From a virus: a stretch of DNA of 64,000 nt. The position numbers were made by a program, and so were the translations under genes. Of the stretch, positions 28,694 to 38,037 are shown piece by piece. The DNA is taken from positions 1-64,000 of the IMG/VR virus record IMGVR_UViG_3300024263_000001. One strand, given 5' to 3'. Position 1 is the stretch's first letter. The number at the start of each line of letters is the position of its first letter. The notes under the pieces were generated by a model that ran no database searches, was not told the origin of the DNA, and saw only the letters and a program-made list of their open reading frames with translations.

Positions 28694-29400
28694 TTCAGTT
28701 TCTCCATTTTGTAGCATACATGGTGGAAGGAGCAATACCGACATGTTTCACTATGCGGCGATTCTCCTTCCATTTCTGGTATCATTGTCTCGTCTACCGC
28801 TTTTAATATTTCATTTCCCCTCTCCTCTATTTGTTTAATGTCCTCTTCAGCTAGTTCGATATCTATAGCCTTAATTGGTTGCTTTGTCTGAGACCAATGT
28901 TTAGGATTAAATACCTTGGATTTGTCTACTAACAGGAGGAGCCCCTTTCCTCCAAGGGGACAAAGCATTGAAGTGAGCCGTCCCCTCCCCACATGTGGCT
29001 TTCCACCATTAAATGCATAAAGTGTGGCTTTTAGTTGTCTCTTGTATTCTACTGATATCTTTTTCGGTATCTGTTTTAATGCTTTGATTTCAACGACAAT
29101 TCCCTGCGGGCCGATATAATCGGCTTTTCCTATAATGGGGCCATGAGCCACGGTATAGTTTTCTCTCCCGCCATATCCCTTCATCAACAATCCCTGGATG
29201 AATGCATGAACCAGTGATGATTCCCCCATTCTTAATTGTGCTTGATAGGAGGGAGGAGTGGGTTCTCCCCGCATAGCAAGGTAAACTCTCCGCTTACACC
29301 AACCTATTCGACTTGCCCAGACTCGTTGCTTAACTGTCTGGGGCTGTGTCAGTTGGGCGAGAAGTCTGCGGCCTATGTCCTTGGATGTAAATTCAGTCAT
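28690..29400 (-). CDS. Cas4-like PD-(D/E)XK exonuclease
   Basis: AS.IG.C.R, H, GKAD, VEIK, QL, C..C.F...C. Confidence 0.8.
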   Translation of the reverse strand: MTEFTSKDIGRRLLAQLTQPQTVKQRVWASRIGWCKRRVYLAMRGEPTPPSYQAQLRMGESSLVHAFIQGLLMKGYGGRENYTVAHGPIIGKADYIGPQGIVVEIKALKQIPKKISVEYKRQLKATLYAFNGGKPHVGRGRLTSMLCPLGGKGLLLLVDKSKVFNPKHWSQTKQPIKAIDIELAEEDIKQIEERGNEILKAVDETMIPEMEGESPHSETCRYCSFHHVCYKMEKLK

Positions 29401-29401
29401 T

Positions 29402-29788
29402 CTATCCCTTTACAATATCCTCAAAGTGCCCAGGAATCCATTTCTTGCCAGTCCTCATATAACAATCAGTGTCTTCTTGAGACATATCCAAGTATCTCCA
29501 TTCAGTTGTATCCATAACCAGACCTTCATCGGGTGAGATTACCCACTTATGAACCTTTTCACCTTCACGTCCATGTATAATGCGATAGTTCACCAGTTTC
29601 CCTTTCCCCCATTGGTATTGATGAACAATAATCGTACCGAAAGGTAGTAGAAACCTCCAAGTATGACCATACCTTGTGGTCTTCTGGGGGAACATGAACT
29701 TACTAAACTTAAACATACCCGACACTCTATTTATCACCAATGCAATTGGTGAGATTGCTACCATTTTCAGAAACTCTTTACGATTCAT
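29402..29788 (-). CDS. Hypothetical protein with Tat-like N-terminus
   Basis: MNRKEFLK plus a hydrophobic stretch. Confidence 0.55.
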   Translation of the reverse strand: MNRKEFLKMVAISPIALVINRVSGMFKFSKFMFPQKTTRYGHTWRFLLPFGTIIVHQYQWGKGKLVNYRIIHGREGEKVHKWVISPDEGLVMDTTEWRYLDMSQEDTDCYMRTGKKWIPGHFEDIVKG

Positions 29789-30126
29789 CTTTTCTCCCTA
29801 TGTCCTTTAATATAAATTCTCTCGCTCTTGACAATCCTCCCTTTCCTTTCCACGAACTGCGGAAGCGTTTGCTGACACCCGCACTTACACTCTCTAATAA
29901 GATTTAGTTTTTCTTCCTCCGTTAAACATCCTCTAATTTCCTGCGATCTTTTTAACCCCTCCGCCTTGAAATTAACATGAGGATAGTAACGCTTGAATAA
30001 TTGGGAGATGGCGGGGGGAGTTATCTTATACAGTTCAGAAAGTTCTTTATAGGTATACCCCGCCTCCCAAAGATTAAACATTCGTTGAACTCGTTCAGGA
30101 ATTTCTACCATTAAATATCTCCTCAT
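29785..30126 (-). CDS. HTH DNA-binding protein with CxCGC motif
   Basis: 'GYTYKELSELYKITPPAISQ'; 'CKCGC...YIKGH' shared with 45777-46448. Confidence 0.65.
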   Translation of the reverse strand: MRRYLMVEIPERVQRMFNLWEAGYTYKELSELYKITPPAISQLFKRYYPHVNFKAEGLKRSQEIRGCLTEEEKLNLIRECKCGCQQTLPQFVERKGRIVKSERIYIKGHREKR

Positions 30127-30685
30127 AGAGCATACCAGGGCGGAGTGTGAGTCGCCATTCAGTTATACCTTCAAGTAAATCTGCACTTTCCAGATTTGAG
30201 ATGATGGCCATAAGTGATTGCAGGCCGAGAAATATATCACCTGAAAGTTCAAACAAAATGTCAATAGATGTCAGAGAAGCACTCAGTTCGATTTGATGGC
30301 TCTCTGCAATCAGAAGATGACCTCCATACAATCGTTGTTCAGGACGATACAAACCGACTCCCCGCACATGTCCACTTAACAAGAACCTTCCAATTGCGGA
30401 GTTGTCAGGATAAAGATTGAATATCAACTCATTCCAAGCCTGGAGTGTCTGTTTGGGTGGGAGGGTTGCTTGCTTGCTCTCAAACTCTTTGATAAGAGTG
30501 GGAAGTGTATCCAAAGGGTAGCCCATCACATAAATTATCCCATCGAAATCGGCCAGCACTGTCGATTCATCCCTGCAAGCACCCGCCCCAAATGATAACA
30601 CATTACTAATTCCATCAATGAAACCAATTATGTTATGGTCTCGAATGCTATTTCGCCACCCTGCCAGATATCCAAACGTTATCAT
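30095..30685 (-). CDS. Hypothetical protein, possible degenerate thymidylate-synthase fold
   Basis: 'IELSASLTSIDILFELSGDIF' echoes the L...RSxD.....D motif; weak. Confidence 0.4.
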   Translation of the reverse strand: MITFGYLAGWRNSIRDHNIIGFIDGISNVLSFGAGACRDESTVLADFDGIIYVMGYPLDTLPTLIKEFESKQATLPPKQTLQAWNELIFNLYPDNSAIGRFLLSGHVRGVGLYRPEQRLYGGHLLIAESHQIELSASLTSIDILFELSGDIFLGLQSLMAIISNLESADLLEGITEWRLTLRPGMLYEEIFNGRNS

Positions 30686-30711
30686 TTTTCCGTCCCCCTC
30701 TTATCTCTTGC

Positions 30712-30927
30712 CTAGTCCTCTCTAAGGGCACAATACAGGGCATAAAGCGCACCAACTAGAAATGCAGCTGCCGCCACCATATCGTTTATCAAGAATGTGT
30801 ACCAACCTACCGACTGTTCAAAAGCGGTGCCTTCCGTGAATTCGCCAAATTGCCAAGCCCCATAGATCCAGACTGCTGCCAATGCAAATCCGACAAGGCT
30901 CAGCAGAAAAAGCTCATATCTCTTCAT
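30712..30927 (-). CDS. Two-TM membrane protein
   Basis: Two hydrophobic helices; AGGAG RBS. Confidence 0.6.
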   Translation of the reverse strand: MKRYELFLLSLVGFALAAVWIYGAWQFGEFTEGTAFEQSVGWYTFLINDMVAAAAFLVGALYALYCALRED

Positions 30928-30937
30928 CTTCTCCTCC

Positions 30938-31846
30938 TTACAATGCTAACTTTAATGAAGATAATGCTTCAAAAGTTTCTCTTTCACTCCACAAATCTGG
31001 TTCCTTCTCATACTGTTTGCGGGGGACAAGGCACTTCACAGATAATTCCCCAGCAATTCGCTTAGTGGCTCTTCTCCCTGCCTCATCGGGGTCTAAAAGG
31101 AGAACTACTTGGTCGTAATTTACCAACCTTCTAAATTGACCATCACTTAATGTAGTACCCATCAAGGCAACAACATTGCTCATCCCCTGACTGACCAATC
31201 TATATACACCCCAGTATCCTTCAGTCACGGTAATCTCATGAAAATGTGTCCCTTTCCATTGTTCTAATCCATAGAGCAAATCCTTAAACCTGGCACCAGA
31301 TTCAGGGACAATTGGACAGTATTTGGGTTCTTGGTCAGCACGGGTGCGGCGGCCCACAATTACTCTTAGTCTCCCGAACTCATCGTGCACGGGGATTGCT
31401 ATCTTCTCAGTTACGGGATCATACTTCACACTATATCGGTTATAAATATAGAAGGGGATATCTCGATACGATTCATATACATCCTCTATATTTAGATAAG
31501 TATCAAGGATTATATTATCTAAATATAGATTCCTTTGATCTGTCTGCAACATTTGGATTTGCCGAGCGACCTCGCTAACATCTTCATAATCAGGAAGCAC
31601 CTCATTGAGATATTGTTTCGCCTGCCAAAGAGACATTTCCTTTAAGTGCATGACCAAGGTGATAAGGTTGGCATCTTCATTGCAAGCAAAACAGTGCGAA
31701 AGTCCAGAATCTAAGTTAATGCCCCAACTAGGGTGAACATCCTCGTGGTGCCCCCAAGGGCAACGACCACGAAGTTCGTCATCTACTACTAAGATTTTTT
31801 GGATCCCCAGATCTTTGCAAATTTGAATTACTTTGGCTCTCGACAT
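30938..31846 (-). CDS. DNA primase (CHC2 zinc finger + TOPRIM)
   Basis: CPW.HH.D..PS...CFAC, GRR, PKY, TEG, ALMGT, LDPDEAG. Confidence 0.9.
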   Translation of the reverse strand: MSRAKVIQICKDLGIQKILVVDDELRGRCPWGHHEDVHPSWGINLDSGLSHCFACNEDANLITLVMHLKEMSLWQAKQYLNEVLPDYEDVSEVARQIQMLQTDQRNLYLDNIILDTYLNIEDVYESYRDIPFYIYNRYSVKYDPVTEKIAIPVHDEFGRLRVIVGRRTRADQEPKYCPIVPESGARFKDLLYGLEQWKGTHFHEITVTEGYWGVYRLVSQGMSNVVALMGTTLSDGQFRRLVNYDQVVLLLDPDEAGRRATKRIAGELSVKCLVPRKQYEKEPDLWSERETFEALSSLKLAL

Positions 31847-32025
31847 TCTCTTTCCTTGACCCCTTTAGTATCGCTTGATATAGATACCTCGCTGAGTGTC
31901 AATTTCCAAAGTCGATTGCAATGATGGCAATAGAAACGATGAGGAACGAGCCCTTTATCAGCAATAACTTTTATAAACTTGCCACAGTTGGGACAGGTAA
32001 GCGTAAAGCCAATTGGTATGCTCAC
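31828..32025 (-). CDS. Small zinc-ribbon protein
   Basis: CPNCG, CHHC. Confidence 0.55.
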   Translation of the reverse strand: MSIPIGFTLTCPNCGKFIKVIADKGLVPHRFYCHHCNRLWKLTLSEVSISSDTKGVKERECREPK

Positions 32026-33266
32026 TGTAGTTTTAATATCCCTCCCTCTGGGGTTAGTTCCCTCATATCACCGACATCCACGTTAAAAGCGAGCCTGATT
32101 ATTCCACCGAGCCCTGCTAATGTCCTTTTCTTCCTCAGTTTTAGTTTAAGAACTGTGTCTTCTTTCCCTCGATCTACTGTTAGAACAATATCAGCATGTT
32201 GTACCATTGCATAAGAAGTTGCTATATCCTCTAAATCTAAGGCTCTCTTATCAGCAGCGGGGCGGTGAGTCTGAGCGGCGATAATGATAGGAATCTGATA
32301 GACCTCAGCCAATGTCTTCAGGTCCCGACAAACATCATCCATCTCCTCATATTTCTTCTCGTATCGTCTCTGTCCCCTCATCAATGTAATATAATCAACG
32401 AGGACTAACTTTGGTTCGTGGCGTTTAATTTTGGCATCAACGCGTGCGGGAGTAAAAGACCCCCCGTACCGCTGACCAACAAGTATAAAAGGCGTTGTAT
32501 TGACATTTGACTTTAGGGTTTTCGTGTATTGCTCTAAATCTACTGTACCAATAAATAATGAAGTGTTGGATATTTTATGGACAAAGGCGTCAAAACGATA
32601 TGCTACTTCAATGGGAGACATCTCAAGGTTGATATAAAGAACTGGTTTCTTTTGCTCCCACGCCCGAAAAGCAAAAAGTAAAAGAAGAAAGGATTTACCG
32701 ATTCCCGTCTTCCCCAAAACAACTGAAAGCATTCCAGGACTCCAACCACCTATGAGATAATCTAGGGTTTTTATCCCAGTAGAAATTCCTACCATAGATC
32801 CTGATTTCCTCAGCAATTGTCTCCGCTCTTGGTCCTCTAGGCGGAACTCAAAGTCTCTAGCAAGATCTATATCAGTATCTCCACCATGAGCCATTTGAAT
32901 CTCTCGTACCCGATTAGAAATCATTTCAAGAGCGGGGTTCGCCCCATCGGTTTGGAAAGTCTCAACTAATTCATTCATCAAAGAGAGCACTTTTCTATCC
33001 AGCAGTTTCTCGTTCAGTTCTCGGCGGAGTTTAGTGAAGTCATAGTTCTTAGAATCCCAAGAGAAATGAGAATAGTCAGGAAATTTCTCCACAAAGGCGG
33101 CGACAGTTGGTGTAGTCCTATATTTATCATAATAAGTATGGATATAAGACCATTCTCTTGGACAGACAACAAAATGGTTGTTCGAGATGCCTGCTTCTAT
33201 GGCTTCCAAGAAACTGGCAGTTGAAACTATATAGATGATTGTTGATTGTTCAATGGAAGGAGTCAC
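32022..33266 (-). CDS. dnaB: DnaB-like replicative helicase
   Basis: TGIKTLD..IGG, GKTGIGKS, LEM, VDYITLM, LK.LA, AAQ, QHAD. Confidence 0.92.
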   Translation of the reverse strand: MTPSIEQSTIIYIVSTASFLEAIEAGISNNHFVVCPREWSYIHTYYDKYRTTPTVAAFVEKFPDYSHFSWDSKNYDFTKLRRELNEKLLDRKVLSLMNELVETFQTDGANPALEMISNRVREIQMAHGGDTDIDLARDFEFRLEDQERRQLLRKSGSMVGISTGIKTLDYLIGGWSPGMLSVVLGKTGIGKSFLLLLFAFRAWEQKKPVLYINLEMSPIEVAYRFDAFVHKISNTSLFIGTVDLEQYTKTLKSNVNTTPFILVGQRYGGSFTPARVDAKIKRHEPKLVLVDYITLMRGQRRYEKKYEEMDDVCRDLKTLAEVYQIPIIIAAQTHRPAADKRALDLEDIATSYAMVQHADIVLTVDRGKEDTVLKLKLRKKRTLAGLGGIIRLAFNVDVGDMRELTPEGGILKLQ

Positions 33267-33668
33267 TTATCCATAAGCCTCTCTTGGGTATTCGCCGTGT
33301 TCCTCACGGTAATTCTCCCTCCACATATCATGTTTGGTGAGTAGCTTACCGTTTCTCTCAACCAAGGGTTCATCATAAATGACTTCTTCGCCATGTGTAG
33401 TAACTCCATCTTTTCCTTCTCGCCACATGAAAATGTGGATTTCTCGACAACAACTTACACAAACATATTTATTTCTTCCACTATCCCTAAAGATATACTT
33501 TCCTGGCTCCTCAAAAATGGATGAACTTCCACCCCAATAATTGGGTGGCCAATTATCCAAGTACATCTGCTCTTGGCAATGAGGACACGATACAATTTCA
33601 CGAACAATATCAAAACCAAGGATAAATCTCTTCCAATTACTAGGATGGCATAATTTATCAAAACTCAT
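33267..33668 (-). CDS. Hypothetical Cys-containing protein
   Basis: CPHC, CVSC; start MSFDKL after AAAGGAG. Confidence 0.55.
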   Translation of the reverse strand: MSFDKLCHPSNWKRFILGFDIVREIVSCPHCQEQMYLDNWPPNYWGGSSSIFEEPGKYIFRDSGRNKYVCVSCCREIHIFMWREGKDGVTTHGEEVIYDEPLVERNGKLLTKHDMWRENYREEHGEYPREAYG

Positions 33669-33684
33669 TTTATTCTCCTTTGCT

Positions 33685-34134
33685 TTAATACTCAAGAGCC
33701 TCTGTTTTAATGATAACCTCAGTCCCAGTTTCTAATATATCCACTACCGCAGTATAATCTTCTTCCCTAAACCCTCCACTTTCGCCATAATTTGCTACCC
33801 ATACTGGGGTGGTTTTCCCCATAAGATATTCACCACCCTTATATCCAGTTAGTGTTCTACCAATTACACTCTTAAGTAACCTTAGTAATTCCGTAACTGT
33901 GAACGCCCTAGATTCATTGCCAACATATTTCAAAGCCAATTCATTATAACTACCATGCCAACTATCTATGTTTACTGGGCGATAGGGTTTAACGTCAAAT
34001 ACAACTGGAAGGTCTTTATTTTTCACCGATTCCAGTTTCAATATCATTTCGCCAAGCGTTAACTGGGGCGACGTTTTCATTCTCTCGGCTCTGTCTACTT
34101 TTACTGCATTATCTAGTATTGTCTGTAAATCCAT
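33685..34134 (-). CDS. Hypothetical phage protein
   Basis: 'SWHGSYNELAL', 'GYKGGEYLM...TPVW' recurrent phage motif. Confidence 0.7.
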   Translation of the reverse strand: MDLQTILDNAVKVDRAERMKTSPQLTLGEMILKLESVKNKDLPVVFDVKPYRPVNIDSWHGSYNELALKYVGNESRAFTVTELLRLLKSVIGRTLTGYKGGEYLMGKTTPVWVANYGESGGFREEDYTAVVDILETGTEVIIKTEALEY

Positions 34135-34565
34135 TTTATTTTCCCCTCTGGATTAGAAACAGCCGATACTAAAAATAGCCAGAGATGTGCCAAATCCTAT
34201 AAGAAGTCCACTCAAGAAAACACAAAGTATCAATAGTTTTCCTTGATTAGTCATTTTTACATTCCCTTCCGCCCCATGCTTAGGCTTTATACACCTCATG
34301 GGTATGAGCCTTTTCTTCCAGCCTCTTGATTCTCTCTTCAAAACTTGGAGAGAAACAGAGTAATTGTTCTGCTACTTCCACGAAATAGTAACAATCTGAC
34401 CGACATAAGGTTTAAGAAGTTTATTCGTAGCGGGGGCGGCCTCAAGGTTAAGATAGAGGCCACGTTCGTGATCATCAACATAGAAAAGGTTTGTTTCGCA
34501 TTTAGATTGTGCTAATTTTGCTTCAACGATTACTTTTTTCATTTCATTCTCCTTATTCTAAATTG

Positions 34566-34832
34566 CTACCTTATCCAGCCCTGCTTCCGCTTGAAACTTT
34601 CCCACCGTGACAGTTTCCAGTCTCTTGTCTCATAGGCTTTTGCCAGTTTGAGAAATAACCTTTCAACTGTACCTGAAGGAACCCCTCCCCACAAAACTTG
34701 AAACAGTTTTTCGGCATCTATATCATAACTCGTTATCTCTGCTTCTACTGGCCCATCCAACTCAACAGAGATGATTATATCCCCGCTGTTTCCTGGAGCA
34801 TTAATCTTAATTTCTCTTCTTTTTCCAACCAT
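34566..34832 (-). CDS. Hypothetical protein
   Basis: AAAGGAG RBS; in operon. Confidence 0.55.
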   Translation of the reverse strand: MVGKRREIKINAPGNSGDIIISVELDGPVEAEITSYDIDAEKLFQVLWGGVPSGTVERLFLKLAKAYETRDWKLSRWESFKRKQGWIR

Positions 34833-34833
34833 T

Positions 34834-35301
34834 TTATTCTCCTTTGTTCCAACTTGCTGCTTTACGATCCATCAACCACTCGGACATTTCTGATAACCAC
34901 CTTTGGCTCCACCCGCTGGTAAGAAGAATGAAATTAGGATTCTTTACATTCCCCTGACCAAAGATAACATAGTCAATATAATCACACGCGCGGGACATAT
35001 CACGGGAAAAATGAGCGTAGAGGGCTTTAGCAACGGATTCATGTTTCTTCCACGTTGCCCATGTGAATATAGGCTGGGGTCGCCCTCCTCCTTTACTCTG
35101 CTGGCGGAAATAGTAGATGAGGTCAATTGCGAGGTATAACTCCTTTGATTTCTTGAGAAACCGTTTTCTGTTTCTGACATCAAATTGAATAAAATCTGCA
35201 TCTTTTCGTTTTTTTGTTTGAGTTCTTCGCTTTATGTATCGTTTAATCGTTTCAATTTCTTCTTCGAGGGTTTCAATTCTCTGCTCTATGGTTTTGGTCA
35301 T
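34834..35301 (-). CDS. Hypothetical protein, first gene after a structured leader (candidate replication initiator/regulator)
   Basis: Coiled-coil then basic helical domain; role inferred from position only. Confidence 0.55.
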   Translation of the reverse strand: MTKTIEQRIETLEEEIETIKRYIKRRTQTKKRKDADFIQFDVRNRKRFLKKSKELYLAIDLIYYFRQQSKGGGRPQPIFTWATWKKHESVAKALYAHFSRDMSRACDYIDYVIFGQGNVKNPNFILLTSGWSQRWLSEMSEWLMDRKAASWNKGE

Positions 35302-35309
35302 TTTGGGAT

Positions 35310-35540
35310 TTTCTGTGTGGCTTTTGCTCTCGGTGGTAAGGACTGTCTAGGTGTCAGGGCAATCCAAACCGCAGAACTCTACACCCTGGTCTAAATCCCC
35401 CCTAGTCTGCCTATCCTTACCACCCAAAACAAAAACCATCGGCTTAGAAAGCGGCGGGGGCGAGGCCCCGCGGTCTTGGCGCCTTCGTCCTATCGTGCCT
35501 CCTACAGCCTCGCTGCCCTCCTCTGCTTCCCCACCGCTTG
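35310..35540 (-). ncRNA. Candidate structured RNA / 5' leader
   Basis: Gene-free, GC-rich, just downstream of a promoter; stems 35449-35459/35529-35539 and 35332-35342/35414-35424 with nested pairings. Confidence 0.55.
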
Positions 35541-35542
35541 TT

Positions 35543-35806
35543 TTATTCTATCACAGACCAACAGTCAATGCAAGCAGAAATCAAAAACTTTAAGGTTCGA
35601 GCTCTAGGCCAGCTGGATTTGTCCTTGCTCAACCGTTCAGAACCACAGTTGGGGCAATATATCCTTTCCCGCTCAAATGGTGAAACCATCTGGCATTTTT
35701 CAAGGGCTATAGCACCGCGCCAAACTTCCACACTTTTATTGATAGCAAGAATGAACCGATGCCCACAATTGCGACATTTGATAGCCAAATCATAAGTCTT
35801 AGTCAT
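35543..35806 (-). CDS. Zinc-ribbon protein
   Basis: CRNCG, CPNCG. Confidence 0.6.
   Translation of the reverse strand: MTKTYDLAIKCRNCGHRFILAINKSVEVWRGAIALEKCQMVSPFERERIYCPNCGSERLSKDKSSWPRARTLKFLISACIDCWSVIE
35545..35597 (-). promoter_or_regulatory. Promoter with upstream AACCTTAAAGTT box (replication operon)
   Basis: Minus strand: box 35597-35586, 12 nt, TTGCAT, 17 nt, TAGAAT with TG extension. Confidence 0.75.
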
Positions 35807-35819
35807 CCTTTTTCTCCTT

Positions 35820-36110
35820 TCAATCTAAATCTTCTAACATTTCTAATTCCCTTTGAATCTCCTTAATACTATAAGTCTTCGAGAGTTTCTTTAGTTTCCG
35901 TGCTAGGCTTTCCCCCCTCATAATCTGTATCGTTTCTTTGTAGATGCCCTGTTCTTCTAAACCACGCATAAATGAAGCACTTTTACACTTGTTATCAATA
36001 TGCTCAACTAATCGTTCCTGGCATTGTTCCTTACTAGTACCTTGTATTTTTTCTCCACATAGTTGACATTTAGTTTGATAACCTATTACTATCTTTCTCT
36101 TTTTCTTCAT
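35820..36110 (-). CDS. C2H2-like zinc-finger protein
   Basis: CQLC...L..H....C. Confidence 0.55.
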   Translation of the reverse strand: MKKKRKIVIGYQTKCQLCGEKIQGTSKEQCQERLVEHIDNKCKSASFMRGLEEQGIYKETIQIMRGESLARKLKKLSKTYSIKEIQRELEMLEDLD

Positions 36111-36391
36111 TCCAAATCTTTAATGTTAAACCCTTCTGGTAATTGGTCTGCTATGTTTTTACAAATTGCTCTACATACCCAGTCCCTTTCCTTTTCATAC
36201 CCTTCATTTCTAAATTCATAGGCGGGCAGGTAGGGGCCAATCTTACAAGTATAGTATTCCCCCAAACAACCATAACTTTTACGGTATTCTTGCCCGCAGA
36301 AATCGGCTAGTGCTCGCAGTTTCCCAAGGGAGATTTTGATTCGTAGCCGATTTAGGTTTGGCTTTTTGGAAACTTCTCCTCTGGTAGCCAT
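36107..36391 (-). CDS. Hypothetical protein
   Basis: GAGGAG RBS; coupled to downstream gene. Confidence 0.5.
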   Translation of the reverse strand: MATRGEVSKKPNLNRLRIKISLGKLRALADFCGQEYRKSYGCLGEYYTCKIGPYLPAYEFRNEGYEKERDWVCRAICKNIADQLPEGFNIKDLE

Positions 36392-36699
36392 ATCTCCTCA
36401 CCAACTGCAATTTGTTCTCCTTCCCATTCATCGGCGGGCAAGAACCATTCTAAGACACCAAGAGCATCTACACCATAGTAAATGTCTTGGTTTCTAATCC
36501 AATCATTCAACTTACCTTTGGGTTGACCAAAGGCATAATATAGTTGACGAGCTCCCTCCCCGCTTTCGATAGCAACTCGTTTGCCATCAGAAAATACTAA
36601 GTGCTTGATCCCCGACATAGGGTGGCCCTCAATCCCCAGCAAGATTCCCCTAGCCAAATGGTACAAAAGCCCGTCTTGCTCTCCTGGCAGGTATTTCAA
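36352..36699 (-). CDS. Hypothetical protein
   Basis: AGGAGG RBS with TTG start. Confidence 0.55.
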   Translation of the reverse strand: MKYLPGEQDGLLYHLARGILLGIEGHPMSGIKHLVFSDGKRVAIESGEGARQLYYAFGQPKGKLNDWIRNQDIYYGVDALGVLEWFLPADEWEGEQIAVGEEIWLPEEKFPKSQT

Positions 36700-36920
36700 A
36701 GTTGATCCTCCTTATGGCATTGGTCAAAAGGCGAACAACGACATTCATTCGGAATACAGAAGCAACCACAGACCTTACAAGTTATACAATTCCGACACCA
36801 CCATTGACCATCACCCATAAAACAGCCATCGGGATAAGATTCAGCCAACATTGGTGCATAATCTTCCCATTCATATTCCTCACCACAGCGATCACAGTTC
36901 ACCTTTTTGAGTTCAGCCAT
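36696..36920 (-). CDS. Cys-rich small protein
   Basis: 12 Cys in 74 aa; GGAGGT RBS. Confidence 0.6.
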   Translation of the reverse strand: MAELKKVNCDRCGEEYEWEDYAPMLAESYPDGCFMGDGQWWCRNCITCKVCGCFCIPNECRCSPFDQCHKEDQL

Positions 36921-37018
36921 TTCTTACCTCCCAAAGTACATACATATTGCTAATCCTATAAAAGCGATTAGCAGGAGAATGAAAGTCTCCTTATTCTCTA
37001 GGAAACTACCTAACCATT

Positions 37019-37255
37019 TCATTTTTTCTTGTCTCCATATCTTTCCACCTCTAGGTAAACACGATTAACCGCGCGAGGGCGGACAATGAGATCACCCTCT
37101 GGCGCACTAATATCAAATGCAACATTGTGTTCCCCTATATGTATTGATATTCGTTTGCCCCCTTTTGTTTCTAACTCTAGGTCAATTACTTTGCTTATAT
37201 CAATATCCTCCCACACAAGTGACCCTTCCCTAAGACAATGAACTCGGCATTTCAT
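37019..37255 (-). CDS. Hypothetical protein
   Basis: Coupled ORF with RBS. Confidence 0.55.
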   Translation of the reverse strand: MKCRVHCLREGSLVWEDIDISKVIDLELETKGGKRISIHIGEHNVAFDISAPEGDLIVRPRAVNRVYLEVERYGDKKK

Positions 37256-37500
37256 ATTTCTCTCCTTTCATATTGTGGAAACCGCCCCGATGTTACCTTT
37301 TCCATTGTAAATGATTTTGCAAATTCCTTTGCTTTATAGGTATAATACCATTCACGGGGCACTTGGGAATACCCTAAGTAAATATACCCACATTCAGGAC
37401 ACCGAGTAGAATTATTCTCAACATGGTACAGGTCTATTGTCCCCAGGAACCCGCACTCTTGGCACTCTAAGACCTCTACATGACCGCGCGCGATTCTCAC
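37252..37500 (-). CDS. Zinc-ribbon protein
   Basis: CQECG, CPECG. Confidence 0.6.
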   Translation of the reverse strand: MRIARGHVEVLECQECGFLGTIDLYHVENNSTRCPECGYIYLGYSQVPREWYYTYKAKEFAKSFTMEKVTSGRFPQYERREI

Positions 37501-37712
37501 TTAGAAAGTCCCAATTCACCTTCAATCTGCTTCCTAAATTGCTCAGTTACATCAGCCCCGCAATCAGTACATTCTACCTCATTTACTGATAGAATGGGAG
37601 CATCCCAATCAAATATATCACCCCATTCCTCTTTTGCGGGATAATAGTATTGGGCTACTTTCTCGGTGGTTTCCACTATCACGCACTCATGTAGACACTT
37701 TAGCGTTTCCAT
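37497..37712 (-). CDS. Zinc-ribbon protein (related to 38424/38658)
   Basis: CLH...CTDCG; similar spacing. Confidence 0.55.
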   Translation of the reverse strand: METLKCLHECVIVETTEKVAQYYYPAKEEWGDIFDWDAPILSVNEVECTDCGADVTEQFRKQIEGELGLSK

Positions 37713-37725
37713 CTTATTCTCCTTT

Positions 37726-37986
37726 CTATAAAATCTCTACAAACTTTCTTTCTAAGACCTGTAGATGGTAAAGAGCATTAGAAAGTTCATAGTAATGCTC
37801 TCCCGCTTCTAGGAAGTCAAAGAAAGCATCAGAATGTAGGTTGTGATATTCTAGTAAAGAAACCAAAGCAAACTGCGCTTTCTTTACCAATTCTAATGCT
37901 CTCTTTGCATCAGTTCTTACCTCCGTTTTGGGCTTTCGTCTTCTTCGCTTCCTAAAACGTCTGTATACTCCTGTTATGTATGGCAT
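37726..37986 (-). CDS. Hypothetical protein with Arg-rich N-terminus
   Basis: RRFRKRRRRK; GGAGG RBS. Confidence 0.55.
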   Translation of the reverse strand: MPYITGVYRRFRKRRRRKPKTEVRTDAKRALELVKKAQFALVSLLEYHNLHSDAFFDFLEAGEHYYELSNALYHLQVLERKFVEIL

Positions 37987-38037
37987 TTCTATTCGCCCCC
38001 TCCCGATAATAATACCCTACCAATAAGAGAAACTAAC

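Noticed and set aside
28690-29400. CRISPR-Cas system implied by the Cas4-like gene
   Set aside because: No repeat-spacer array or other cas genes seen; solo Cas4-like nucleases are common in phage replication modules
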